The notes under the pieces were generated by a model. The model saw only the letters and a program-made list of their open reading frames with translations, was not told the DNA's origin and made no database searches. Shown here piece by piece: positions 1-10,786 of a stretch of DNA of 49,670 bases (position 1 is its first letter; each line of letters begins with the position of its first letter). The DNA comes from Vezdaea acicularis (taxonomy: Eukaryota): NCBI GenBank assembly GCA_026025075.1, contig JAPEUI010000116.1, forward strand, positions 1 to 49,670. The letters run 5' to 3'. The position numbers and the translations under genes were made by a program.

Positions 1-243
1 CCCACGAGATAAGCAGATGTCTCGCCTCTGCCTCCGCCTCGCGGTCTCCCTTGTTCTTTAGATCGTGCCTGCGCATCATCCACCCAATCACAAAAGAGCA
101 TTCCAGAGCGCCTCTTCAGCGGAGGGAAGAGAAGAGAAGAGAAGGAGGAGTGTTTGCTCTTCCCCAAACTTGTTTTCTGGCGCAGGGGATCGAAGGCGCT
201 TGTACCGCTTTCAGCACAACATGCACCCTCCCTCTTTCCCTCC

Positions 244-271
244 CTCTCTCTCTCTCTCTCTGTGTGTGTGT
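244..271. repeat. compound (CT)n(GT)n microsatellite
   Basis: ctctctctctctctctct followed directly by gtgtgtgtgt. Confidence 0.9.
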
Positions 272-1048
272 ACCCGCTCCTCGGGGTCGGGGGTATCGCT
301 ATCCAGGAAATTCCTGCACCACGCCGTTCCTGGGCTCCATACTGTATCTCTCACGTGTATCCAGATTCCCGACGTCCTCCGTACCGGTACTTCCGGCACC
401 GTTCCTCATGCCTCATGCGACCGTGCGTCGGAAACGCCGCGGTGGGTGGGGCGGGTTTGCTACGTGCAGCAGCAGCAGGTAGCAGGGAGGTAGGGAGGGT
501 ACTGTGACCCGGCTCTCCTGTCCTCTCCGCTGCGCGCTCCGCTGCACGGGTGGGGTTCGGGTTCGTGTCTGCGAGGGCTTGGTTTGGCCGAGGGGTTGGG
601 TCTGGGTCTGGGTTTGTTTGTTTGTGAGAGGGGGGCGCGCGTTGGGACTGAGCTGCTGGGGCAAAGAGCAGGACGGTATCTTGTTCTGTCTTCTCTCTAC
701 ATCTGTATCTCTCTATGTCTGCGCCCGAAACCACGCGGCCTCCCTCTCACCCGACCAATCCCTCCCCACCACCCATCACAAACCTTCCCGACGCAGCAAC
801 CCGTACCACGTGGACTCCGCAGCCACCGCATATCTCTGAGAAACCGCTTCTCAGCTATCCCCCCCTTTCCTCCTCTCAGAAACAGGAAACCCCTCCCTCC
901 CTCGCCTTGCCAAAACCAGATCGGGCCGCTGGCAGGGTGTCACGGCAGGTGGGTGCGTTGTCTCTCTCTTTTATTTCATTTCCATCCATCTTGGCGGGGG
1001 CGAAGATGATCGGTCATATTTCTTTGTTTTCGGCGTGATTGGGGGCGA

Positions 1049-1088
1049 GTTTCTACGTTTCTACGTTTCTGCGTTTTTGCGTTTCTGG
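1049..1088. repeat. degenerate 8-bp tandem repeat, 5 copies (GTTTCTAC/GTTTCTGC)
   Basis: gtttctac gtttctac gtttctgc gtttttgc gtttctgg. Confidence 0.8.
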
Positions 1089-3311
1089 CTTCTTGGCTAT
1101 TGGGCTTCATGTCACACACACCTCGCCCCCAAAGAAAAGGGTGTCGCACAAGATTACAACTCTTTTGTACACCCACACTCTTTCCAAAATTCTCCGTCGA
1201 GGCCCCCTCTGTTCCACGGACGTTGTATCACCCGCTTCTTCTTTTTTCTTCCGGTCGTACATGCGATATGTTGTGCTATCGTTTCCCACGTGCCCATCTT
1301 TTTTTTTGGTTTCCTGTCTGAGGTTGTACGGGTGATATGCTGTGCTATCTATCCTTCTTCCAAAGCAAGCAAGCGTCCTGTCGGCTGGCACGGAAAGGGG
1401 ATGGGTTGGCTCACCTTGCCTTCTTTTCTGACCTTGTGGAAAGGGCGGCGATGCTGGATGTGGGTTGGTGGAGGTTGTGATCTTGCAATGAGTTGATATC
1501 TGCTCAGCTGGTGCAGCAAGTGGGGGTGGGAGGGTGTACGGCGTTTTTCTATGCTATTGCCCAGAGCCCTTTCACAGCGCTGTCGTTCACGCTCGTTAGA
1601 CGCGTCTAGGAGACGTCCATATCAACCAGGCTTGTGCTCCAGCACGAAACGCACGTTGTGGCTATGCGTACATGTGGCTTGCACAGCGGTAACATGCGTG
1701 AGCTCGTTCAGCCCCTCTTCGGTCTTTGCTGGGCTGACTCGAGGGGAGAGGGGGTTGGAGTGATATGCTCTGATGTCTACTCCAAGACCATTCTGCTCTC
1801 CTCGCCCCGTATACCCATGGTCACTCGCTCCCTATCGAGCTCACGCTCGATATCTGGTTGTCATCTCCTTGGTGTATAACTTAGCAGAAAGTGGTTTTGA
1901 ACGTCAAAACATTCCAAAAGGAATCTTCTCCTTCCGTCTGTTTAACTCCTGGAAGCTGTCCAGCAGGTCTTCTCTCAGCCTCACCCATTCCTTACCATCG
2001 CCGGCATTGTGTTCGGTACAGAATGGCTTGCGTTCCGTTGAATAACAGGTTTGATACGAACATCCGCATCAACCCCGTCCTCGAGACTCGTATGCCTCGA
2101 ACTTCCGGCTATCCAGACCATGTGGAGTAATTGCTCGATGGAAGGAAAGTGCAAGACCGGACCTTTCCACGAATATTCCAGCTGGAACCATACCCATATA
2201 CTTCGCTACACCGTTTGTGAGAGACTGAGTGGTAAAGGCGTCGGGTATTAGCTCCCTACCCTACCCCCTTACCCGCGTATCAAGAGAGCACTTGGAACCT
2301 ATTCGCAAAGAGCTGAGTCACTCTCCTTCTAGCCATGTCTTCTACGGCTGTGACAGGTATGTTGACTACGATGAAGCATGGAGAAGTGGGGAATTGCGAA
2401 TACTCAAGCACGGTTGCCGACGAAACGCGGAGGTTTAGATGGATGATACAGTGGCTTGTTCCCGACCGACCAGCGGATAGCTAGTCGGACTGCCTCGCCG
2501 TCTTCACGAAACATGCGGGTATGGGGCTTTTCACGGATTTGAATAGGCTGTTAATCATCTAGTATCCCCATTGTCGTACCTACCATCGCCGGAGGTCGTT
2601 TTGGTGGCTATCCTGGCTCCAGCCCTGACTGTGGGATCTAAAACTATCGCTATCAATTTAGCCATCTTCAGAATCTCTCCTTCACACCCGCCCCGTTCTG
2701 CGTAGAACAATACTTCAAGGGCAGTAAGCTATACCACTCCGATACGGGAGAGGGGAGGGGACAGTTCCGGATCCGGTCTCGCGGAGGAAGCTAGGTGGTT
2801 TTGTCCCTTGCATGTGATTCTTTGTAATCACATAAAGGGAGGGTTTCGATCACTGCGCACGAGATGATATTCTATCCGCGACGAAAGACTTAATGATCCG
2901 CATTCGTCGCGGAAGAGAGGAAAGGGGTAAGTGAAACTCTACAACCAGATACATAGACACAAAAAGCACCAACCCCACCACATCACCCCATCTGAGCTAC
3001 TCTCTTGCCAGTATCCAACGTCCTTAAACTGCCCTTAAACCAAGTACCGCATCACCAGCGACCACATGCACTTTCCTGAAGCCAGAATGACTACTTCGCT
3101 GCAGATCTGCCACATTCATCCCCCCTATCTAACCCATGGAACCCCGAATCAAGTACCCAACGACCATGTCAACCCAAAACTCAGCTTAAACAGCTCTAGC
3201 GGAATCGTCGTGTGGTTCAATGATCCTTCGTCTCGAGAGAATAAATCAAGTTCAGAGTGAGTGTGAGGGACAGGCTTGGTTAAGCTGCTTGGCTAAAGGT
3301 GGATGGATAGG

Positions 3312-3364
3312 GTATTAGTATCAGTATCAGTATTAACATCAGCATCAGCATCAGCATAAGTATC
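3312..3364. repeat. degenerate hexamer tandem repeat (GTATCA/GCATCA), about 9 copies
   Basis: gtatta gtatca gtatca gtatta acatca gcatca gcatca gcataa gtatc. Confidence 0.8.
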
Positions 3365-4045
3365 CACAAAAGGAAGAGACTTCCGACTTCCGACCAACTT
3401 CCGTAAAAGAGCTCAGGTCAGCATAGTTGACGGTTTTCCAGTTGCCGCGTGGTGGGGTATGCGGGTGGAGTGAACTCCTTACCCCTGGAGAAAATCTCAG
3501 AACGGGGATTTCCTAGCTTAGGTTTTTTGAGAGTTTGTTGGATTCTGGGTCCGGGTTGAAGGTGGCGACATACCCGGATGATGTGCTCAATATCTAACGC
3601 CGAAACTCACCTCTTTTACAATATAAAGCTTCAGCTTCAGAGGTATGTTCAGCCATTCTGGCTTATACACATTAGTGGTGAGCAAGCATTGGTCTGCGCA
3701 GTGATTGACTTTGCAAATGCTCTCACGACTCTTTCCTAGTCATAAAGAGGCTGCTGGCGAGTACCAATTAGCTCAATGAACCGGCCGTCTGCGGAGACAA
3801 TGCGAGGAATGTGGAGAACTCGACGACGTCGGTATCCTGTTCACTCCATATGTGGAGATCATGTGCGGTTTTAATGCAATTCATGCTATCGTAAAGCCCA
3901 TTATAGTTGTTCGAATGAGAATCAGGCTAGATTAAACCAATCCAAACAATGTAAACGCCGTAGCACCGGGGCAAATTCAAACTCCCTATTTCGAGCTTGC
4001 ATCCCCTCAACAAGTTCCAGCTCTTGTAAGAGCTGTCGAGGATAT

Positions 4046-4861
4046 CTAGTAGTATCGGCTCATACCCCCAGTATTCGTTCTCCGATTTGGCTGCGGCCAT
4101 GAGGAGGGTGGCTGGTTCTGATCAATTGATTGCCACAGACTCTGACACCCCCTACAGGAGAAGATCCTCCCAGGACATTCTCGGTTATGGTCTGCAAAGT
4201 AGAATTGCCTGCACTCCTGACAGAAGAAACCCCCCTCAAAACAATATATGCGGTTCCTACTGTTGTTTGTTAAGACTTCTATTACAACGTCTCTGTTTCC
4301 GGCAGGGTCACTGTTTCTGGGGGGTTGCCTAGGCTACCACAAATATGTGAGGTTAATCTAGAGTACATCGGTTCGCTCCAAGATGTATTGACATACCGAG
4401 TTTGGTTGTGGCACGGGACGTACCCAGGTACCTCCTGATGCTTGTATTGCCCCACCCTGATTGCTAGTCCCAATCTCTCCTGAGTCTCTTGGCCTGCACA
4501 AGTGCTCCCTGTACGATCTAGCTTCGCCATCGACATCGTAGCCCGGGCGGCTATTTACACCCTGCTCTCCCTGAAGTCCGTACTGCGCACGGTCATAAGG
4601 TTGACCCTGGCCCGCGTAGGGTGATGTCGTGCTCGCTGAAGATCTCGAATTCCCGTAGGCCGAAGCTGTTGGTGCGTCATATAGCGTAGGCGAGGCCAGA
4701 GAAGAGCCAGGCGTGGATACGTTTACGGCCCCAAGTGGTTCGACACCAGATTGCCGCGATCGCTGCGATTGCTGCCCACGCTGCCATCCAGCATACTCAG
4801 CCGTTTCTACTGCGGGAGGAGCCGTGGAGCGATACGCGGAGTTACCAGAATTTGATGACAT
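4046..4861 (-). CDS. hypothetical 250-aa protein: low-complexity S/Q/G/Y-rich N-terminus and C-terminal CxxC-x18-CxxC (zinc-ribbon-like) segment
   Basis: Exon 1 4861-4397 (155 codons, ATG in aaaaccATG context), phase-0 intron 4396-4334 (GTATGT...TTAAC...TAG), exon 2 4333-4046 open for 95 codons (PRQPP...YCFEGGFFCQECRQFYFADHNRECPGRIFSCRGCQSLW...RYY*). No family recognised. Confidence 0.6.
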
Positions 4862-6710
4862 GGTTTTGCAAGACCTTTGCGGTTGCTACCCTTAAAGCTG
4901 GAGATGTGAGGTTAGGAGAGATCGATCGAAATGTCCGCTTCCGCGGTAATGGTGACTGACAAGGCTGCGGGTAGTGTGATTTCCAGCCCAAGGGCAAGAA
5001 CAGGATGACACTGCCATGTTTGAAAGGCTAGCGTCAAGAGGGGTCAAGACTGTGGATGCACCCTTCAAGTAGAGCGTTCTAGCCCGCCCGCACTGAAAGG
5101 TAAGTAGAGACGAGTCTGCATAGCCCCTAGACCAAGGATGTTCTCGGCAACCAATAGCCCCCATGGATGTTCTGCAGGCCGGGGAAGCTTCAGCCGCGCC
5201 GTGGCTTAGCCTCGTAACTTCGACAAGGAAATCCCGAACGTGGGTTTTAAAAGAGCAGATGCCATCGACTTTGAATACTCACCATCTACACACTACAACT
5301 ACTATACTGGCGCAAGTGTCAATGTTCTTCTCAATCAAATAACAAGCCTAGACACTTCCGTCGTTGGAATATTAGTGTGCACCCGCAAAAACTCCATATT
5401 ACTCTTGGACCCCAGCAAAGTTCGATTGGTCATACGCTTGAAGTTTCATCGCTCTTACCTTGCCAATAATGATAGATGACACAAGACGAGATGCTCAACT
5501 CTGAGAAGAAGAATCATCACAGTTGCGCTCATCGCCGCCGAAGAGAAGACACAGATTCACTATGTGCAAACGGTTAGTGCAGATATTATCAGGTCGGCCT
5601 TAAAAGCGCATAAACAAATGCAACATGGCATGTCGTAAATATAATCCAAGAGGACAGTTAGAATAGGTTAACTCATTGCATTGATCCCATTGGTAAGAAA
5701 TCCACTAGACAAGATCAGGGGCACTGCCGAAGTGTCATATCACAAGGGTCTTACGTTGGAAATAGTTGAAGCAAGAGGTGGGGAGTCGCCCATCAAAAAA
5801 GGCCAAATGATACGATTCGGAGTAAATCCTGAATGTTTACTGCATTGGTCCTCCTAAAGACCGGATTCGGAGCGTAGGTGTAAGGATCCAGAAACGCAAT
5901 TAAAGGGAAGCCTATGAAAGGTGACCTGGCATGAACATCTTGGCTGCTAACACTTTTCTGATGACCTTGCTCACGATGAATTGATAGCCTTCCTGGACAG
6001 CGGGGATAATGGTATTGAACGGTATCAAGAGTTGGATGTAGATCAAGATGGCTTGCACTAATCTATTGCCCTATAATAGAGGCACAACATATGCACTAAG
6101 AACGTACCAAATCCCTGCAGCCAGACATGGAGCTTGCCAATAGTTATGATATTTCGCTACAGATTGAAGAGTCGAGTGGAGGCTTGGTCTAGCAATGATA
6201 GTTGGGACAAGGCTGCCAGCTATGAAAGAGCAGCGGTTTTAAATAAATGTAACCTTGTTAGAAGAAGAGTATATATGAGCCACCCATAAGATAGAATTAG
6301 AAATTGCAACCACTAGCGCCTCGATTGATTTTTCCACGTTTGTGGCTGCTGATGTTCGAAGGAAGGATAATACGGACAATTGAAACAGCGAAATGAGATG
6401 ACCATGAGGGGTTTGGAGAACTGCTTTCCGACTGTGCCCGCGACGGTGAAGGTAATAAACATACTGAGAAAATGAGATATTTACACGGGCCTGGAGGGCC
6501 TGAAACCATGGGTGTTGCGTTCGCTGGTTGTATAAAAACTTCAGCTTCCGGAAAGCTAGCTAGGGCTAGCATCTCAAATTTAAGGGGTATGATGTCGACG
6601 CGCTGAAGCAATCAGCAAGTGGTTAGAATTGAGGAGAAGAGCGTCGCCACTGTCATGAGACGGCATCATCGAGCCCCTGAAATGCATTAAGAGCACATTG
6701 AAGCTCTACA

Positions 6711-7532
6711 CTATGAGCCGCCTGCGCCATTCTTTCGAAACGACACCTTCTCAACACCCACGCTCTCAACCCCATTCGCATCCTTCTTCAGCTGGTAGAC
6801 ATACAGCACTAGCACATCTCCCTGGACCTATTGTGTTACAGAAAAGTCAGTGCCTTCTCTCCAACCATGTAGGATAGGGCCAAAAGAGAAGTTCGAGCCG
6901 ACCCACATCCATCAAACAAAAGCTCGGGACCCCCCCCTCTGGTCCATCCTCCTCCCTCCAACTGCCCGTCCCGACTGCACCCGTCGCGCTCCCGGGGTTC
7001 ACAAAGAATTTACCCTCCAGCTCATATGCCTCGAATCTCATCGTGCCACCCCATAACAGCACATCTACATCCATATGCCGCGCGGCTATTAGTAACGCGT
7101 CTGGGTCGCCTGGTGGAACGATAGTGTGTCCATGCGTGAAGCCAATTCGGAGCCCGCCATGAGCAACGACACGTGAGAGGGCTAGGTTTGGTGCATCGAT
7201 GTCGAAGTCGCCTTTTACTATCTGGAGGTCAGGGGCTATGGACCGGAGGAAGTCGTAGGGTTCCTTCGATGTGAGGTTGCCAAGGCAGAGTATTTGACCG
7301 ATCTTGCCCGGTGTAAGAAGCTTCTTGAACTACACAGTGAGGTATCAGTTGTTAGCGCAAAGGTGAAGACGTGGTAACGCTGCCGTTGCTATAAGGAGGA
7401 ATACCTACCTTCAACGGAATGTCCTGTGATGCTGTAAGCTCTCCGCTCGAGGGAGCTGAGTGGGAGTGCACTCACTAATGCCCGGTCCGGGATGAAAAGG
7501 TCGCCCAGTACCAGCACCAATCTTGCGGACAT
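6711..7532 (-). CDS. VPS29: retromer subunit Vps29 (metallophosphoesterase fold)
   Basis: Exons 7532-7476, 7423-7409 (15-nt DIPLK), 7329-6907, 6827-6711. Spliced product [44 protein letters not shown]...VKGDFD...FTHGH...FFVNPGSATGA...PSFCLMDVQGDVLVLYVYQL, typical of Vps29. Confidence 0.96.
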
Positions 7533-8301
7533 GGTTCTGAGAGATTGTGCTGGTAGCTCTTTTGGAGACGGGGCATGGAACAAATTGTAATGGGGGGGTT
7601 ACGAAGCGATTTCGATGTAGCATTGACGACTAGAGTGTTTGCACGGTTTGCATCAATTGGGACGAATATCCTCTCATTAAGATAGAGTCCACAGCTCGCT
7701 CAGGATTTACTTTCAATTCCACCTTTGCGCTTCACAGAGGGTTCACCATCTGGATGCCGATCGACCATCAAACCAGTCAGCGGGTTGAGTTCACTTACTT
7801 GATGGAATTGATCTACGTAAACTTTCCATGCGCTCTCCCTAATGAGCCTTACAACTACAAATCTGCAAATCTTCACGCGTCCACAATTCTGGCCACGTGA
7901 AAGTTTGGTCTTCTCGAGGGGCTTTCACAGTCTCCGCTCGGGCGAGTTGGATCTGCCGTACTGTCACAACGGATGATGCATAGAATTCGCTCGTCTCAAC
8001 TTTAAAGACGTTCAAAGAATACAAACAGAACAAGTTCTAGAGACGTTTTACCGTCTTGTTATCCAAGATGCTGACGGTTTGGTTGACCATGCTGGATTTA
8101 GTATGAGATTACGGATGTATCCCTTTGACTCCCTAGATTCCTGAGCTATATGCGCCACTACCACATGTTGAGTGCCGAATGCTGAGGTCCTTCGAATGAG
8201 CTCACAGGGCATCGCTCGATGAGGACGAGCGGATACTCCAAACGAAGCTAACGAGAAAAGCGAAGTTAAAGAAGAGAGTTGAAACTGCCATCTAAGAAAA
8301 C

Positions 8302-8322
8302 GCTATGCTATGCTATGCTATG
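8302..8322. repeat. (GCTAT)4 pentanucleotide repeat overlapping the uL3m stop codon
   Basis: gctatgctatgctatgctatg; reads TAGCA x4 on the minus strand. Confidence 0.85.
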
Positions 8323-9331
8323 GTGCGGCTGCCGGCGTGGCTGAAATCTCCGTAGCCGGAAGATCCATCGTGGGTGGCGCTGGGAAGGGTTTCTTGATAG
8401 CGTCCTGAATATTTACGATTCCTTTGTTGGGGCCAGCAATGCAGCCTGAGAGAAGTTCGTTAGATATGGACCAGCTCCTACGATTATATTCATATACATA
8501 CCTCTCAACACTACGATCCCCTTCTCTTCGTCAGTTGACAATATCTCTACATTTTGCACAGTGACTCGTTGGCCGCCCATCCGCCCGGCCATCTTCTTGC
8601 CTGGATATACCCTAGATCCGCCACCTTGCGACTGCCCTGCGGAGCCCATCGCCCTATGTGTGAGGGATACACCATGACTTGCTGGTTGTCCCTTAAATCC
8701 GTGCCTTTTCATACCCTAGGATAATTGTCAGCTATCATCTTGCAATCGAATTGGACACACTTACTCCTGCGAAACCCTTTCCCTTACAATTGGCTCTCGC
8801 ATCAACATATTGACCAACCTGAAACCAACTTGGTGTGATGATCTTCCCAATCTTCAAAAGCCCCCGTTCGTCTTTGACCCTGAATTCCGAAACATGTCGT
8901 TTAGGGCTGACTTTATGCTTAGTGAAGTGGCCCAGCTGCGGCCTCGTCACATTGCTGGGATGCTTCCATCCACACCCTACTTGTACCGCATAATAGCCAT
9001 GTTCCTTCACCGTCTTATGCGAAACGACCTGAACCCGATCAAGCTGCACGACTGTACAAGGTGTGCGTTTTCCAGTTTCAGGGTCGTAGACTGCTGTCAT
9101 ACCCTTCTTGATTGCAAGGGCCCCCGTACGGAGCGGTAGGCTTTTGGCTTTCCGCTCGAGCGCAGCAGCTTGGCTTGCTCCAAGAATCGACGGACCACTG
9201 TCATTGTAGCGCTCAGGGCCGCGACCATGAAGGGATTGAATGCGCCTCTTCAGTATTCGAGGGAGAAGAAATTCAGGGATAAGAACAGTTGGACGCATTC
9301 TCAAACACTGTCGTCCGATATTGTGGGGCAT
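8318..9331 (-). CDS. MRPL9: mitochondrial large-subunit ribosomal protein uL3m
   Basis: Exons 9331-8765, 8715-8502, 8445-8318. L3 motifs [51 protein letters not shown]; basic N-terminal presequence. Confidence 0.95.
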
Positions 9332-9841
9332 CTTTGTTCAACGCGATGCTGCTCTGAAGCTAAAAATCATGAAATCCTTTGGTTGTCGCCGAACGCCAAA
9401 CGTTGCGCTAGTCTAAAATGGGTCATCATACTACACAAGTTAAGACCTCTTCACAACCTTGCTCTTTCTAAACGAATAGTTGGTATATCTAATATGATTC
9501 TTAATCTAGAGCTTATTTAATTCTAATTTATACGACGTCCTTTTTCGTATTTATTTCGTAATCGAAGAATTTGTATTTTTTTTGAGCCCCCAACGTGTCA
9601 AGATTTACCCATAACCTCCTCGTGTTCGACGAGAGCCACAAACAGGGAACAATCAGCGTAAAACACATGTGCAGAGGGCGAATTTGGGAAACGCTAGTTG
9701 TTTAGAAAGTAATCAAGACCTCACGCCCAAAGTTTCCATGCAGAAACCCCAAGTTGAACCTGGTTTGGATGCCAAGTCTAGCTTTACACCTAGTAATTGG
9801 CGCTACGTTTCACATGGATCTTGAAGTCGAATGATAATCAT

Positions 9842-10786
9842 CTACATAAAGTCCTCCTCAAAATCAGGATTGCGATCCTCGTTGCTGGTTTGCGCTAGAT
9901 TTTCCTCGGTGAAAACTTCATCATAGGCATGATCCCTCTGCCAGGCTTTCTCCCTTCTCTCCTTCGCAATCCTCGCCTCCTCCTTTTGCTGCACTGATCG
10001 TTAGACGGGCAAACCGTAGATTTCAGGCAAACTTACTCTTTCTCTTTGAGCACCTCTATCCCTTTCTCTTATTTCCTTTAAGTGCGCCTCCTTTTCTTGT
10101 CGAAGATCCGGGAACTTTTCAAGCTTAGTCTTATTAAGCCTATTGACGATCGGATTTTCTCGTTGCGGTACTAATATCTTCTTGACCTATAGGATGTAAA
10201 TAAGGTCTCAGTGTTTGTCGTCCGAGGACTTGTACCTTCTTTTGGTCATGGAATCCGACTTGGCCAACAGCCATACTGCCATCTTTCTTCAGATTCGACC
10301 ACGGTGTATATATGATAGTCTGGTTGTCTTTTTTGTTCCCTATAGGAATCCATGAGCATTTTTAAGCGTCGCTGAAAGCCGTATCCTACCTTCAATTGAA
10401 TTCGCCTTTGTCAATTGGGCACAATCTGTCAATAGTTCAGGAGGTATTGCGTCCCAGCCACTTCCCTCGTTCATTCGTAGGTATATGTGTGCGCTCGAAA
10501 GCTTGTCGACATGGAACTAGTCATAATCATCAGCGTAAGAGTACAAGGCTGGCACACGTCGATGACATACCCTGCAATAAATTAGCACTCGTGGTTGTGC
10601 AGCATGCTGAGCTTCATATGTACCAGACATCCTCCTCCCATCCGTGCTCGATCAGCTCCTCGTCTGTCCCGGCGTCACCTTGCAATCCCAATTACCACAT
10701 TGGAACAGCTTACTCTCAACTTTATCCTTGCCGACATAGATGAATGCGGCAGGGGTCACAGTGTTTGAGGAAAAGTAATACACCAT
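9842..10786 (-). CDS. CCDC25: CCDC25/Jlp2-like NFACT-R (DUF814) coiled-coil protein; 6 introns, includes a 1-nt exon
   Basis: Hand-spliced: [52 protein letters not shown]...[43 protein letters not shown]...NRLNKTK...DFEEDFM*. Exon 1 10786-10714, exon 2 10663-10624, exon 3 10571, exon 4 from 10516, three further introns. Absent from the ORF track because the exons are short. Confidence 0.93.

Noticed and set aside
51..1763. Many overlapping 60-150 aa ORFs at the left end
   Set aside because: GC-rich, low-complexity and microsatellite-derived translations in all frames; no motif and no consistent splice pattern.
1500..6700. Possible telomerase RNA in the gene-poor region
   Set aside because: No TAACCCTAA-type template found on either strand by eye, and the ATAAGT at 3356 has no adjacent Sm site. 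A covariance-model search would be needed to exclude it fully.
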